Origin: an uncultured Bacilli bacterium
GTDB taxonomy: Bacteria > Bacillota_I > Bacilli_A > RF39 > UBA660
Direction of reading: 5' to 3'
Length of the DNA stretch: 64,000 nucleotides
Assembly (NCBI GenBank): GCA_934155645.1
Contig: CAKPHC010000001.1
Coordinates: forward strand, 31,015 to 95,014
The position numbers were made by a program, and so were the translations under genes. Below the pieces are notes generated by a model, which saw only the letters and a list, made by a program, of their open reading frames with translations, did not search any database and had not been told where the DNA came from. The stretch's first letter is position 1. Each line of letters starts with the position of its first letter. Below are positions 26,982 to 37,722 of this stretch, in pieces.

Positions 26982-29960
26982 TTATTGAGGAATTGTCTCT
27001 ACAACAGTAAAGTATGAACGAAATCCTCCTACACTTGTATCATTAGAATGTATAAACATACTCTCATATTTTCCATTTAAATTATATTCGTTAACTCGTA
27101 CATAGTCAATATAAGCATTCTTATTTTTTATAGAATTGTACTCTTTTGTATTCTTTTTTATCTCATTTATTCTATCTTGATTTAACTCTACTACATACTC
27201 CGGCTGTGCTGTACTATCTAAGATTGGATTTAATAAATCATCGGTTATGTATATCTCTTTTCCAAACCAGTTATATCCAGGTCTTCTATTATTTGGAAAC
27301 GGATCTCTTAATGATATTGGTCTATATATATAATCACATGTTATTCCTAAGCAATTGTTATCTTTCTTTACTGAAAGACAATCATTTACACAACTTGCTA
27401 CACTGTTATATCCATCCTTCAAATAGTTAGATTCAATTTTACAATAATTTATTACTGCTTTTTCATCACTAGACGAAAAGTTTGGATTGTGTTTACAACT
27501 ATTATTTCCACTTGAACATGAATCAAAGCATTCTCTTTCACTTCCGTAATTTGCTGTATCACTTATCCAGTTTGTTCTACAGTAGTCTCTTATCTTGTCA
27601 TACTCTGCTGCTTTATATAATCTTGTACATGTATTTTCTTCATCACTCGGATTACCTCTTTGATATTTACATGTTGCTACAATATTATTGTCTATTGCTA
27701 TCGCTCCAAATAATCTTATGTTTTCTGATATTGGTGAATATATTGTGTTTCCATTTAGTATATATCCTCTAGTAGATAAGCCATATGTTATTCCTACATT
27801 GTTCTTGTTTTCTATTAATAATTCATACTTATCTTCTCTTTCAACTATTGAACATGATACCGGAGACTCTACTACATATCTACATGTATTGGTTGCATTT
27901 AAATTACTGCTTCCTTTATTTACTTTTACTTCTGTTTTATATGTATCTTTCTTTATCTTTAAATCTGTATAATATTCATGATATGGTCCATCATTTTCTG
28001 TATCACATTTTCCATTAGCGTTAACATCATACATCTTACCTGTTCCTGCACTTATACATACTGCTGGTAATTTATATGCTGTTTTATTCTTAGAAGTTGT
28101 TTTTATTAATCCATATATTGATTGATATGTTACTTGCCCATTACTGTATAATGGCACTCTATTACTTCCTCCTGCTGTTACTACCACATCATTATTTAGT
28201 AAATTTATTGTCTTTGATGGTACCAACTGTTTAGTTGTTTTTCTATTGCTTGCATTAGCATCATTGCTATTTGTTATATCTATCGTTATTGTTGCATTAC
28301 TTGAATCATATTTATATTTATTATCCAAGTCCTTAACCCATGTTGAATTTGATTCTATACTTTGAAAATTCTTTAAAATTTCTTTTAACTTAGTTCTTTC
28401 TGCTTCAGTATAACTACTTGCATAGTCAAACTTCCACTTTGCTAATTCAAATGTCATCTGACATGTCTTTTCTCCACTTAGTACTGGAGTGTATGTAAAT
28501 CCTGTTCCTGGTGTTAATGTTGTTGGTAAGCTATTACCATAGCTTATTGTACTTGATTCACTACAATTTGAACGATAGTAATTACTTGTATTCGCTTTTG
28601 TACATGTGCTTAAACTAGAGCTTGTATCAGCATCACACTCTGTACTTACACCAGAACTTGATTGATTGGCATTACAACTACTAAATCCAGGATCACTATA
28701 TCCACAAGTTGCAATGCACGTTTTCTTCTCACCTGAATTATCGCTTGCTGCTTGACAATAGTCTTCAGCGCAACTTAACAAGTTATCTCCACTTTTTCCT
28801 GAACATGTTTGCTTACATGTCTGCACTGTTCTTTCTAAACTACATGTTGCTACTTCATTTCCATTCGCATTATAAACCGCTCCATATATTGCTGCGTCTT
28901 TATATGTTCCACGATATATATTATTTTTTACATTATGTTTTAACAAATTTCTATTATTTTTTATATCATAATAAACGGTTTCAGCACCTGCGCCTTGAAC
29001 ATTTAATGTATATGTTCTTTTATCAGTTGCTTCTGTTATTGTACAAGAAACTGGTAATGTATAATTACCTAACCAAAACACATTTATTCCATGTCCTTCT
29101 TTACTTGTTACTTTTTTAACATTATTTATTCTGTTTCGAGTTTCGCCTTCATTCCATACGCTTGTATTCAATCCTTTATCTTTAGTTATCAAATATACTA
29201 AATTACCTATAAATTTATATTTATCATCACCAGTTTGACGTTTTGCTACAATTGAATTAGGAACAAATAGATATAACCACTGAGTTACTGACCCTGCTAA
29301 TTTTCCATCAGTTCCTAACCAACTAGCAATTTCATACGCAGTCCCAAAATAATAATTGCTATTAGCTTTAAACAACAATGCTGGCTCAATTGTAATATAT
29401 AAATTACCAACATCACTTTCCTTTAAATTTTCTACTCCATTACCCTTAAACTCACTTTTTATAGCTCCTAGCACTAAAGTTTTATTACCACTATTAAGCT
29501 CAAACGCTTCTTTAACCTTAGCCTCAATTGCGTTCCAGTTACCATCTTCTTTTTCAGTAAATACTTTAGGAAAAATTATTGAAGTTTTCTTAGAAACAAC
29601 TCCTCTTTTATCAAATTTACCAGGGTTACCTCCAAATTGTTGATACGCTACTTTCCCTTTTTGTGCCGAAGCATAATTAGTTACATAAGTTAAACAATCG
29701 CTATTTGTACCATTAGCGCAATAATTATTAGATCCATAATAAGTAACATTATTACCATCATATTTATACAAAGATAATCTTACAGCAAAAGACTCTACAT
29801 CACTAGGATAACTCCAATCACATCCACGTGCTGAAGAAGCACAACCACCAGGAGTAGTTGTACTATTACCTCCTCCAGTATTTCCAGCAAAAACATTACT
29901 ATTACCAAATAAAATTATTATCAAAATAAATATCATAAAAAAATTAATTATTTTTTTCAT
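26982..29960 (-). CDS. Giant (about 990 aa) secreted cysteine-rich protein, candidate adhesin or tip protein of the pilus/T4SS cluster
   Basis: Has a signal peptide and about 45 Cys, with many CxnC pairs. I recognise no domain. It is the second gene of the minus-strand operon. Confidence 0.5.
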   Translation of the reverse strand: MKKIINFFMIFILIIILFGNSNVFAGNTGGGNSTTTPGGCASSARGCDWSYPSDVESFAVRLSLYKYDGNNVTYYGSNNYCANGTNSDCLTYVTNYASAQKGKVAYQQFGGNPGKFDKRGVVSKKTSIIFPKVFTEKEDGNWNAIEAKVKEAFELNSGNKTLVLGAIKSEFKGNGVENLKESDVGNLYITIEPALLFKANSNYYFGTAYEIASWLGTDGKLAGSVTQWLYLFVPNSIVAKRQTGDDKYKFIGNLVYLITKDKGLNTSVWNEGETRNRINNVKKVTSKEGHGINVFWLGNYTLPVSCTITEATDKRTYTLNVQGAGAETVYYDIKNNRNLLKHNVKNNIYRGTYKDAAIYGAVYNANGNEVATCSLERTVQTCKQTCSGKSGDNLLSCAEDYCQAASDNSGEKKTCIATCGYSDPGFSSCNANQSSSGVSTECDADTSSSLSTCTKANTSNYYRSNCSESSTISYGNSLPTTLTPGTGFTYTPVLSGEKTCQMTFELAKWKFDYASSYTEAERTKLKEILKNFQSIESNSTWVKDLDNKYKYDSSNATITIDITNSNDANASNRKTTKQLVPSKTINLLNNDVVVTAGGSNRVPLYSNGQVTYQSIYGLIKTTSKNKTAYKLPAVCISAGTGKMYDVNANGKCDTENDGPYHEYYTDLKIKKDTYKTEVKVNKGSSNLNATNTCRYVVESPVSCSIVEREDKYELLIENKNNVGITYGLSTRGYILNGNTIYSPISENIRLFGAIAIDNNIVATCKYQRGNPSDEENTCTRLYKAAEYDKIRDYCRTNWISDTANYGSERECFDSCSSGNNSCKHNPNFSSSDEKAVINYCKIESNYLKDGYNSVASCVNDCLSVKKDNNCLGITCDYIYRPISLRDPFPNNRRPGYNWFGKEIYITDDLLNPILDSTAQPEYVVELNQDRINEIKKNTKEYNSIKNKNAYIDYVRVNEYNLNGKYESMFIHSNDTSVGGFRSYFTVVETIPQ

Positions 29961-30001
29961 GTCTTTGTTTCCTTTCATTATTTTAAATTTCTTTCCATTA
30001 T

Positions 30002-30697
30002 CTATATTTTAATCTTTACTCTTTTTTTCTTTTTAATAGTTTTAATTACTACCAATATAACAATTACAATAATTACTATAATAGAAGGAATAACTATTAA
30101 TAAATTATTAGTAATAAATGCCAAAATTATAGAAACAATACTTTTATCATTTTTTTTATTTGAATTATCTACTAAACTTTTTCTATATTTTTCAACTTGA
30201 GTTTTAAAATAATCTTCCGAATCAATTACTCCGCCATAATACTTTTGGCATAATGCAAACTCTTCAATACCTTTACACTCTTCTCTTTGTGAATAATCAT
30301 TATAGTATGGAAGTGTAATACTTTTAGTTATAATCTTATTATCTGGACATTTGGTTTCATTTGAAGTATACAAAGTGAAATCATACTTAGTACCTTCGTT
30401 TACACTTCTTAGAACTCTTATTCCATCATGTTCTAAATCATCCATATATTTAAATTCTTGACCATCAGAATCTACAATATAAAAATCTTTATCAAAATTA
30501 GTTATTAAAACATTAAAATAATATAAATGATTTTCATTGTATGTAGAATCATACAAATCATAAGTTACTTTGATATTAATTGCTTTTTCTTTCAAACTGT
30601 TTAATTCTTTATTACTACATGTCTCAGCATTAACCCTAGTAGTAACAAAAAAGCAAAGAAATAATAATACTATTTTTAACCAAATATTCTTCTTCAT
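30002..30697 (-). CDS. Secreted protein with a C-terminal transmembrane anchor (hypothetical, first gene of the cluster)
   Basis: 231 aa with a signal peptide and a C-terminal hydrophobic segment followed by KKKKRVKIKI. Confidence 0.45.
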   Translation of the reverse strand: MKKNIWLKIVLLFLCFFVTTRVNAETCSNKELNSLKEKAINIKVTYDLYDSTYNENHLYYFNVLITNFDKDFYIVDSDGQEFKYMDDLEHDGIRVLRSVNEGTKYDFTLYTSNETKCPDNKIITKSITLPYYNDYSQREECKGIEEFALCQKYYGGVIDSEDYFKTQVEKYRKSLVDNSNKKNDKSIVSIILAFITNNLLIVIPSIIVIIVIVILVVIKTIKKKKRVKIKI

Positions 30698-30814
30698 AGT
30701 GAACCCCTTCTATTATGATATTACTATTTATAGTATACTATAAAGGTAAAAAAAAAACAACGTTTTATTGAGTTAAGTCTTAAGGTGTGTTATTATAAAA
30801 CAAGAGGTGTTTAT

Positions 30815-31240
30815 ATGAAAAAAATATTATCAATAACTGTTTTATTAATATCTATTTTATTATTAACCGGATGTGGTTCTAGTAACGATAAATATTTAGA
30901 AGAAATATCTTATGATGAACTTAAAGAATTAGTAGAAAACAAAGAAACTTTTATATTAGAGGTATACCAAGATGGTTGTCGTCACTGTGCAGTATTCACT
31001 CCTCGTTTTAAAAAAGTTTTAAAAGAGTATAACATTACTGCTAAAGCAATTAACTTTGCTAAAATAACCCAAGAAGAATATGATGAATTCAGCTTAGAAT
31101 ACGGTAAAAACATTGGTACTCCTACAGTTATGTTCTTTGTAGAAGGAAATGAAAAAACTAAAATAAATCGTCTTGTTGGTGAACCTAGCGAAAAAGAAAT
31201 AATTAGAAAATTAAAACAAAATGGTTATATTGAAAAATAA
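30815..31240 (+). CDS. Thioredoxin-fold lipoprotein (CxxC)
   Basis: Lipobox LLTGC. Redox motif CRHC. The start was moved to MKKILS. Confidence 0.6.
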   Translation: MKKILSITVLLISILLLTGCGSSNDKYLEEISYDELKELVENKETFILEVYQDGCRHCAVFTPRFKKVLKEYNITAKAINFAKITQEEYDEFSLEYGKNIGTPTVMFFVEGNEKTKINRLVGEPSEKEIIRKLKQNGYIEK

Positions 31241-31261
31241 AAAATTAAAGAATCTGACTTT

Positions 31262-32188
31262 CTAATCAGATTCTTTTTTTTGAAATAAACTATTTATATT
31301 TTTCTTAGGCATCATTATTTTTACGTTTTGTTTTATTGTAATATCATAATCCTTAGTATCATCTTCTAATCTTTCACCATCGACACACCAAGATGAAACC
31401 TTTTTCTTAAAGTTAACCTTTAAATGATTAGTTTTATGAAAATAAACACCAGGTACTTTTGTAATATCATTAGTTCTTAAATAATACAAAGTCTTCAATA
31501 TGTCTTTCTTTCTAGTTAAATTACAGAAAAGCACTTCAAACTTACCATCATCTAGTTTTACATCGTTATAAAAATTATTTATTCCTGCAATTCTATTAGC
31601 GTTAGAAACAATCAAAAACGAATAAAGTCCATGATAAGTTTCATCACCAACAGTATAAGATAATTCATATAATTTAGTACTATTTCTAAATTCCTTAACA
31701 CCATTTACTAAATATGCCAAATAACCCAATTTCTTTTTTAATTCTCTACTAGTTTCATAAGGAACGTTCATAAACTTACCAAAACCTGCTACATAAGTAA
31801 ACGGTTTACCATTTACACAACAGATATCAATATTTCTTACTTCACCCTCTAATAAAAGTTTCAAATTATTAATTACATCTTTACCATATCCAAACATAGC
31901 TCCTATATCATTAGTAGTACCAAGTGGAATATGTGCTAGTAACAATTTATCTTCTCTTAAAAAGTTCCCTGTCATAGCTTCATTAAAAGTTCCGTCTCCC
32001 CCTACTGTTACTATTAAATCAACTGGTTCCATACTAGAAACTAATTCCGTAATATGTCCTTTATACTTTGAAAAAATAATTTCAGGGTCGTATTCATAAT
32101 CCATAAGAATATCTAAATACTCTGCCAAAAAGTTTCTTTTAATATTTTTACCACTATTAGGATTATATATAACTACACACTTCTTCAT
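31262..32188 (-). CDS. Diacylglycerol kinase catalytic-domain lipid kinase (YegS/BmrU/DagK family)
   Basis: IYNPNSGK...VTVGGDGTFNE motif. Confidence 0.7.
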   Translation of the reverse strand: MKKCVVIYNPNSGKNIKRNFLAEYLDILMDYEYDPEIIFSKYKGHITELVSSMEPVDLIVTVGGDGTFNEAMTGNFLREDKLLLAHIPLGTTNDIGAMFGYGKDVINNLKLLLEGEVRNIDICCVNGKPFTYVAGFGKFMNVPYETSRELKKKLGYLAYLVNGVKEFRNSTKLYELSYTVGDETYHGLYSFLIVSNANRIAGINNFYNDVKLDDGKFEVLFCNLTRKKDILKTLYYLRTNDITKVPGVYFHKTNHLKVNFKKKVSSWCVDGERLEDDTKDYDITIKQNVKIMMPKKNINSLFQKKESD

Positions 32189-32245
32189 TATACATTTCCC
32201 CTTTCACCATAATTATATAGATTTTATAAAGAGAAATCAATTATC

Positions 32246-33382
32246 TTACTTCTTGTTCTTTAAATTATTGTAAGTAGTTTTAACAAAGTCATTTATTTCA
32301 TCTAACTTACCTTCAATATCCTTAAGAAGAATATATTGATTTAAGAATCTATCCTTATTATGAAGAGGATATTTAATTTTAAAATATGTATCACCATTTA
32401 AGTAATCAGTTAAAAATCTAATTGCAAGCTCATAAGTTAATATTTTGATAGATAAGCCAATATAATTAACTTCATCACGGGTAAGAAAACTATAAGTTTC
32501 CTCTAAAAAACCCTTTAAGTATGCTTTAGTTAAATCAAGATTTAAAAATATTTTATCCTTATCTGTTTCATCTTCAAAAGAATTAGAACAAGCTGATCTT
32601 ATTCCATCCCCTATATCATATAAAACAGAACCAGGCATAACAGTATCTAAATCAATAATAGCCATGCATTGATTAGTACTTTTATCAATTAAAACATTAT
32701 TTAACTTAGTATCATTATGAGTTACTCTAAGAGGAATACTTTTACCTAAATTATCTGTTATAACGCTACACTCTTTAATTTTAGATATTAAATCAACTAT
32801 TTCATAAGAAAAATCATATGCTCTTAAAGTAATTTTATTTTCAATACTTTCAAGCAAGTCATTAAATCTTTTCTTAGTATTATGAAAATCTGTTATAGTC
32901 TCAGTAAGTAGACTAGGAGAAAAATCATTTAATAATCTTTGAAAATATCCAAAATTTTTACCGGTTTCATATGCAAGTTTTAAGGCATCATCACTATCTT
33001 TGAAATTATCGTAACTAATACAATTATCGATAAAATGAAATGCACGGTAATACTCTTTTTCACCGTCTTCATTAATATATGTATACATATTTAATCCATC
33101 ATTAGTTTTAACTATCGTTAAAGTTTTATGATTATAGTCATCTGCATCCTTTAACTTTTTACTAATGTGATTTGTTACTAATTCAATATTTCTCATAACT
33201 AAATATGGTTCATTAAAAACATTAGAATTAATTTTTTGTAACAAATACTTTACTTGTTTATTGTCATTTATATATGTCAAAATATATGTTTTATTAATAT
33301 TTCCTTGATTATTTTCCACAACTTCTTCAAGTATACCCTCAAATGCAAAATTATTAATTATCTTTTTTAACTTATCGTTCAT
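32246..33382 (-). CDS. Phosphotransferase-family protein (APH/choline-kinase/CotS-like fold)
   Basis: HNDTKLNNVL catalytic loop and the IDLD metal-binding motif. Confidence 0.55.
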   Translation of the reverse strand: MNDKLKKIINNFAFEGILEEVVENNQGNINKTYILTYINDNKQVKYLLQKINSNVFNEPYLVMRNIELVTNHISKKLKDADDYNHKTLTIVKTNDGLNMYTYINEDGEKEYYRAFHFIDNCISYDNFKDSDDALKLAYETGKNFGYFQRLLNDFSPSLLTETITDFHNTKKRFNDLLESIENKITLRAYDFSYEIVDLISKIKECSVITDNLGKSIPLRVTHNDTKLNNVLIDKSTNQCMAIIDLDTVMPGSVLYDIGDGIRSACSNSFEDETDKDKIFLNLDLTKAYLKGFLEETYSFLTRDEVNYIGLSIKILTYELAIRFLTDYLNGDTYFKIKYPLHNKDRFLNQYILLKDIEGKLDEINDFVKTTYNNLKNKK

Positions 33383-33483
33383 TTTACCACCTACTTAAAT
33401 TATATAGAAGCTAGAGAAAAAATGTCTAGTAATTTGTAAATTATATCTTGATTAATTTACATAAAAATTATGAAGTGTTATAA

Positions 33484-35136
<1,653 letters not shown>

Positions 35137-35160
35137 AACACAATCGTTCTATTTTTTTTA

Positions 35161-35607
35161 TTAAATTCTTTCTTTTAATAATACTTTATCTTTATCTTGC
35201 TTATTATCAAAGACTAAAAACCTCTGATATTCAGATGAGATTACTTTATTATTTCTAAAAACTCTAGTATATGTTCTTAATTTATTTCTTACTTTATCCT
35301 TATCATCTAACTCTAAAGTATTAATATAATTAGCAACACTAAATATAACACTATATGAATTTAAGGCATCATTTCTCTTTAAACTTAAATAATCATTATC
35401 ATAGTATTGAACTAATTCTTTCAACTCCATTATATTTCTACATGAATTTAATGGTTTATCAGAAATAATCATCTCTGTTAAAACTTCTAAAACCCTTATA
35501 TCTTCATCTACTGCTTCAGTTAAAATATTTGCAAAAACATGACTGTAACTATCAATAAATTTAACTTTTTCTTTAATTTCAGTTGTCATTATAAATCCTC
35601 CAGACAA
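35161..35607 (-). CDS. Hypothetical cytoplasmic protein
   Basis: 148-aa ORF with no recognisable motif. Confidence 0.35.
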   Translation of the reverse strand: MSGGFIMTTEIKEKVKFIDSYSHVFANILTEAVDEDIRVLEVLTEMIISDKPLNSCRNIMELKELVQYYDNDYLSLKRNDALNSYSVIFSVANYINTLELDDKDKVRNKLRTYTRVFRNNKVISSEYQRFLVFDNKQDKDKVLLKERI

Positions 35608-35661
35608 GAGAATATTATATCTTAAAGAAAAAAGAAAAGCAATAAATAGAAATTTAATTTA

Positions 35662-37284
35662 TTAATTGGCTTCTATATATTTCTTTCCTAGTTTTTTAAC
35701 ATAAACTTTAATTTTTTCTTCACTCATCTTTTTCCAATTATTTTCATTATAATACCAATTGAAATCGGCACTATTACTTAAATAACATCCTTCAAATAAA
35801 GTATTTCTAATATTGAATAATTGGTAAGGCAACCTAATAACCGCATAATAATCAGTAAAATCATATTGTTCTTTATTTTCTTTTGAGAAAATAGAGGCAG
35901 TGCTATAGTTTCGTGTATATATTCTAGTATGTTCTTCTAAAGTATTATAATTTTTTCTCCAAGATTCCCCTATTTTATAAATGTCTTCCAACTCATCACC
36001 ACTAGAATCACTTGAAGTAATAATCTCCCATCCAGTCATAGATAAATCTTCACTACTATTATGATGATTACTATAAGTAACTTTGGATACTACTCCATAA
36101 AATCCTAAAGCATAAGCTTTTTTTCTTACAGCTGGCCAAGAAGAATCTCCCATAGTCATACCATAACTCTCATCTTCTCTTAACATTAAGACTTTTAAGC
36201 CATGCTCTTCATATCTCTTTTTTTCATATAAAGACTGTTCCAAATTAAGTTTTCGCTCATCAATAGTAGAATTAAGAGCACCAGAGTCACTACCACCATG
36301 TCCTGGGTCTATTAAAATATCATACTTATACTCAAAGTCTTCTACCTTTATCTTTACATTATCATTATCATAATTAAAACTAATTAACTTATCCCCTATT
36401 TTAGCTCTTACTATACGATATTGCATTTCTAATCTATTAACTGCTTTTTCATCTATTTTAGAATTAATCCACATATAATAAGTACCGTTCTTTAAATTAG
36501 ACAAATCAATACTTCCATCATAGTAATAATCATCAATTTTATTCATTTCATAACTAATACATTTCTTTTTATTATCTTCACATAGTTTCATCTTAAATGT
36601 ACCATTATTATCCTTAACATATCCCGTAATAGAAATACCATTATCTATAAACTTCATAGAAGTAATTAAATTAGATTCCAATATCCCTGTTATATCATTT
36701 ACAATATCATCTACTGGCAAAACATTTACAATTCTTGTTTTCTTAGACGTATTACCACTAGTATCTGTTACTTGATATATTACTTCATATCTTCCAACTA
36801 AATTAGTATTAACATAATTCTCTATTTTTAATTTATTACTAGCTTTTTCATCATAATTATCAACAACATTACATCCTAAATCATTATAAGTACTTCCCAC
36901 AGTAACAGATACTTCTTCTTCACCATTTAAAGTAATTACAGGAGCTTGGATATCTTTAACTTCTACTTCTCTTTTTAAAGTCATTTCTTTATCTTTATAC
37001 TTAATCTTATAAGTTACTTCATAAGTACCTATTTTATTTATATCTACTAAAGATGTATCAATAACTACATCATTAGATAAATCCTTGTCATTAATATATG
37101 CCTTAACACCTAGGTCATTATAACTTTCATATATATTTAAAGTAACAGAAGAATCACCAATTAGTTTAAATGTAAAAATCATACTCTTTAAAAAGAAGTA
37201 TAATAAACCACTAGCCACTATCAACATAGTACCTAAAATTGCAATAAATATTAATATATTCTTCTTATTAAAAAAATCCTTCAT
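35662..37284 (-). CDS. Membrane-anchored N-acetylmuramoyl-L-alanine amidase (Amidase_3) with N-terminal Ig-like repeats
   Basis: DILIDPGHGGSDSGA motif. Two Ig-like repeats (YEVTYK...TDTSGN). Confidence 0.65.
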   Translation of the reverse strand: MKDFFNKKNILIFIAILGTMLIVASGLLYFFLKSMIFTFKLIGDSSVTLNIYESYNDLGVKAYINDKDLSNDVVIDTSLVDINKIGTYEVTYKIKYKDKEMTLKREVEVKDIQAPVITLNGEEEVSVTVGSTYNDLGCNVVDNYDEKASNKLKIENYVNTNLVGRYEVIYQVTDTSGNTSKKTRIVNVLPVDDIVNDITGILESNLITSMKFIDNGISITGYVKDNNGTFKMKLCEDNKKKCISYEMNKIDDYYYDGSIDLSNLKNGTYYMWINSKIDEKAVNRLEMQYRIVRAKIGDKLISFNYDNDNVKIKVEDFEYKYDILIDPGHGGSDSGALNSTIDERKLNLEQSLYEKKRYEEHGLKVLMLREDESYGMTMGDSSWPAVRKKAYALGFYGVVSKVTYSNHHNSSEDLSMTGWEIITSSDSSGDELEDIYKIGESWRKNYNTLEEHTRIYTRNYSTASIFSKENKEQYDFTDYYAVIRLPYQLFNIRNTLFEGCYLSNSADFNWYYNENNWKKMSEEKIKVYVKKLGKKYIEAN

Positions 37285-37332
37285 ACTTCTATTCTACCTC
37301 AGTTCAATTATAACATGTAGAAAAGAAAAAAA

Positions 37333-37365
37333 TAAGTACAAGTTAATGTACTTATGATTTTTACA
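37333..37365. terminator. Bidirectional hairpin terminator
   Basis: AAGTACA-AGTTAAT-GTACTT flanked by T and A runs. Confidence 0.4.
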
Positions 37366-37458
37366 TTATATCACCTAATTGCAAAAAAACAAACGCCCTT
37401 TCGATAATATTTACCTACTAACACGCTTGTTCTCAGTTACTTCTATTTAGCATTACTG

Positions 37459-37659
37459 CTAGGAAAATACTTGTTTCTTCAAGAATCGTTTTACCATAAC
37501 TTTCGTTATAAACTCATCCACAATCTGAAGGAATTCCAGAGGACGCACGCCATTCTCATTGTCCACGTTACCGTTGTCATTGACGTTCCACACGTTAGAG
37601 TCAGAGTTGAAGGGCCTATTGTAGCATTTCCCTATATATATAAATTTTATATATACCAT
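37459..37659 (-). pseudogene. Orphan C-terminal DUF6273-like fragment, a partial duplicate of the 3' end of the upstream gene
   Basis: Encodes ...NSDSNVWNVNDNGNVDNENGVRPLEF, paralogous to ...SNASVWNVGPADRLDIVGVVDDDGVRPVINL of 37723..39372. It lacks the N-terminal two-thirds. It is GC-rich like the parent segment. Confidence 0.5.
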
Positions 37660-37722
37660 ATTTTTAGAAGGCCAGTTGCAAAGGGTTTTGCAACTGGCTT
37701 TATTAGATTTTAGATAAAGGTT

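Noticed and set aside
27146-29643. Several plus-strand ORFs of 77-136 aa inside the 998-aa gene (27146..27430, 27482..28018, 28709..29119, 29356..29643).
   Set aside because: They are antisense to a long well-supported gene, have Leu/Tyr/His-rich low-complexity translations typical of AT-rich antisense frames, and lack RBSs.
1500-30697. A classic tRNA-inserted integrative conjugative element, given the tRNA-Gly/Cys pair and the large T4SS cluster.
   Set aside because: There is no integrase, relaxase or excisionase. There is no direct repeat of a tRNA 3' end. There is no compositional shift. The T4SS cluster starts 8 kb away from the tRNAs, with ordinary genes (tspO, thioredoxin, HgdC module) in between.
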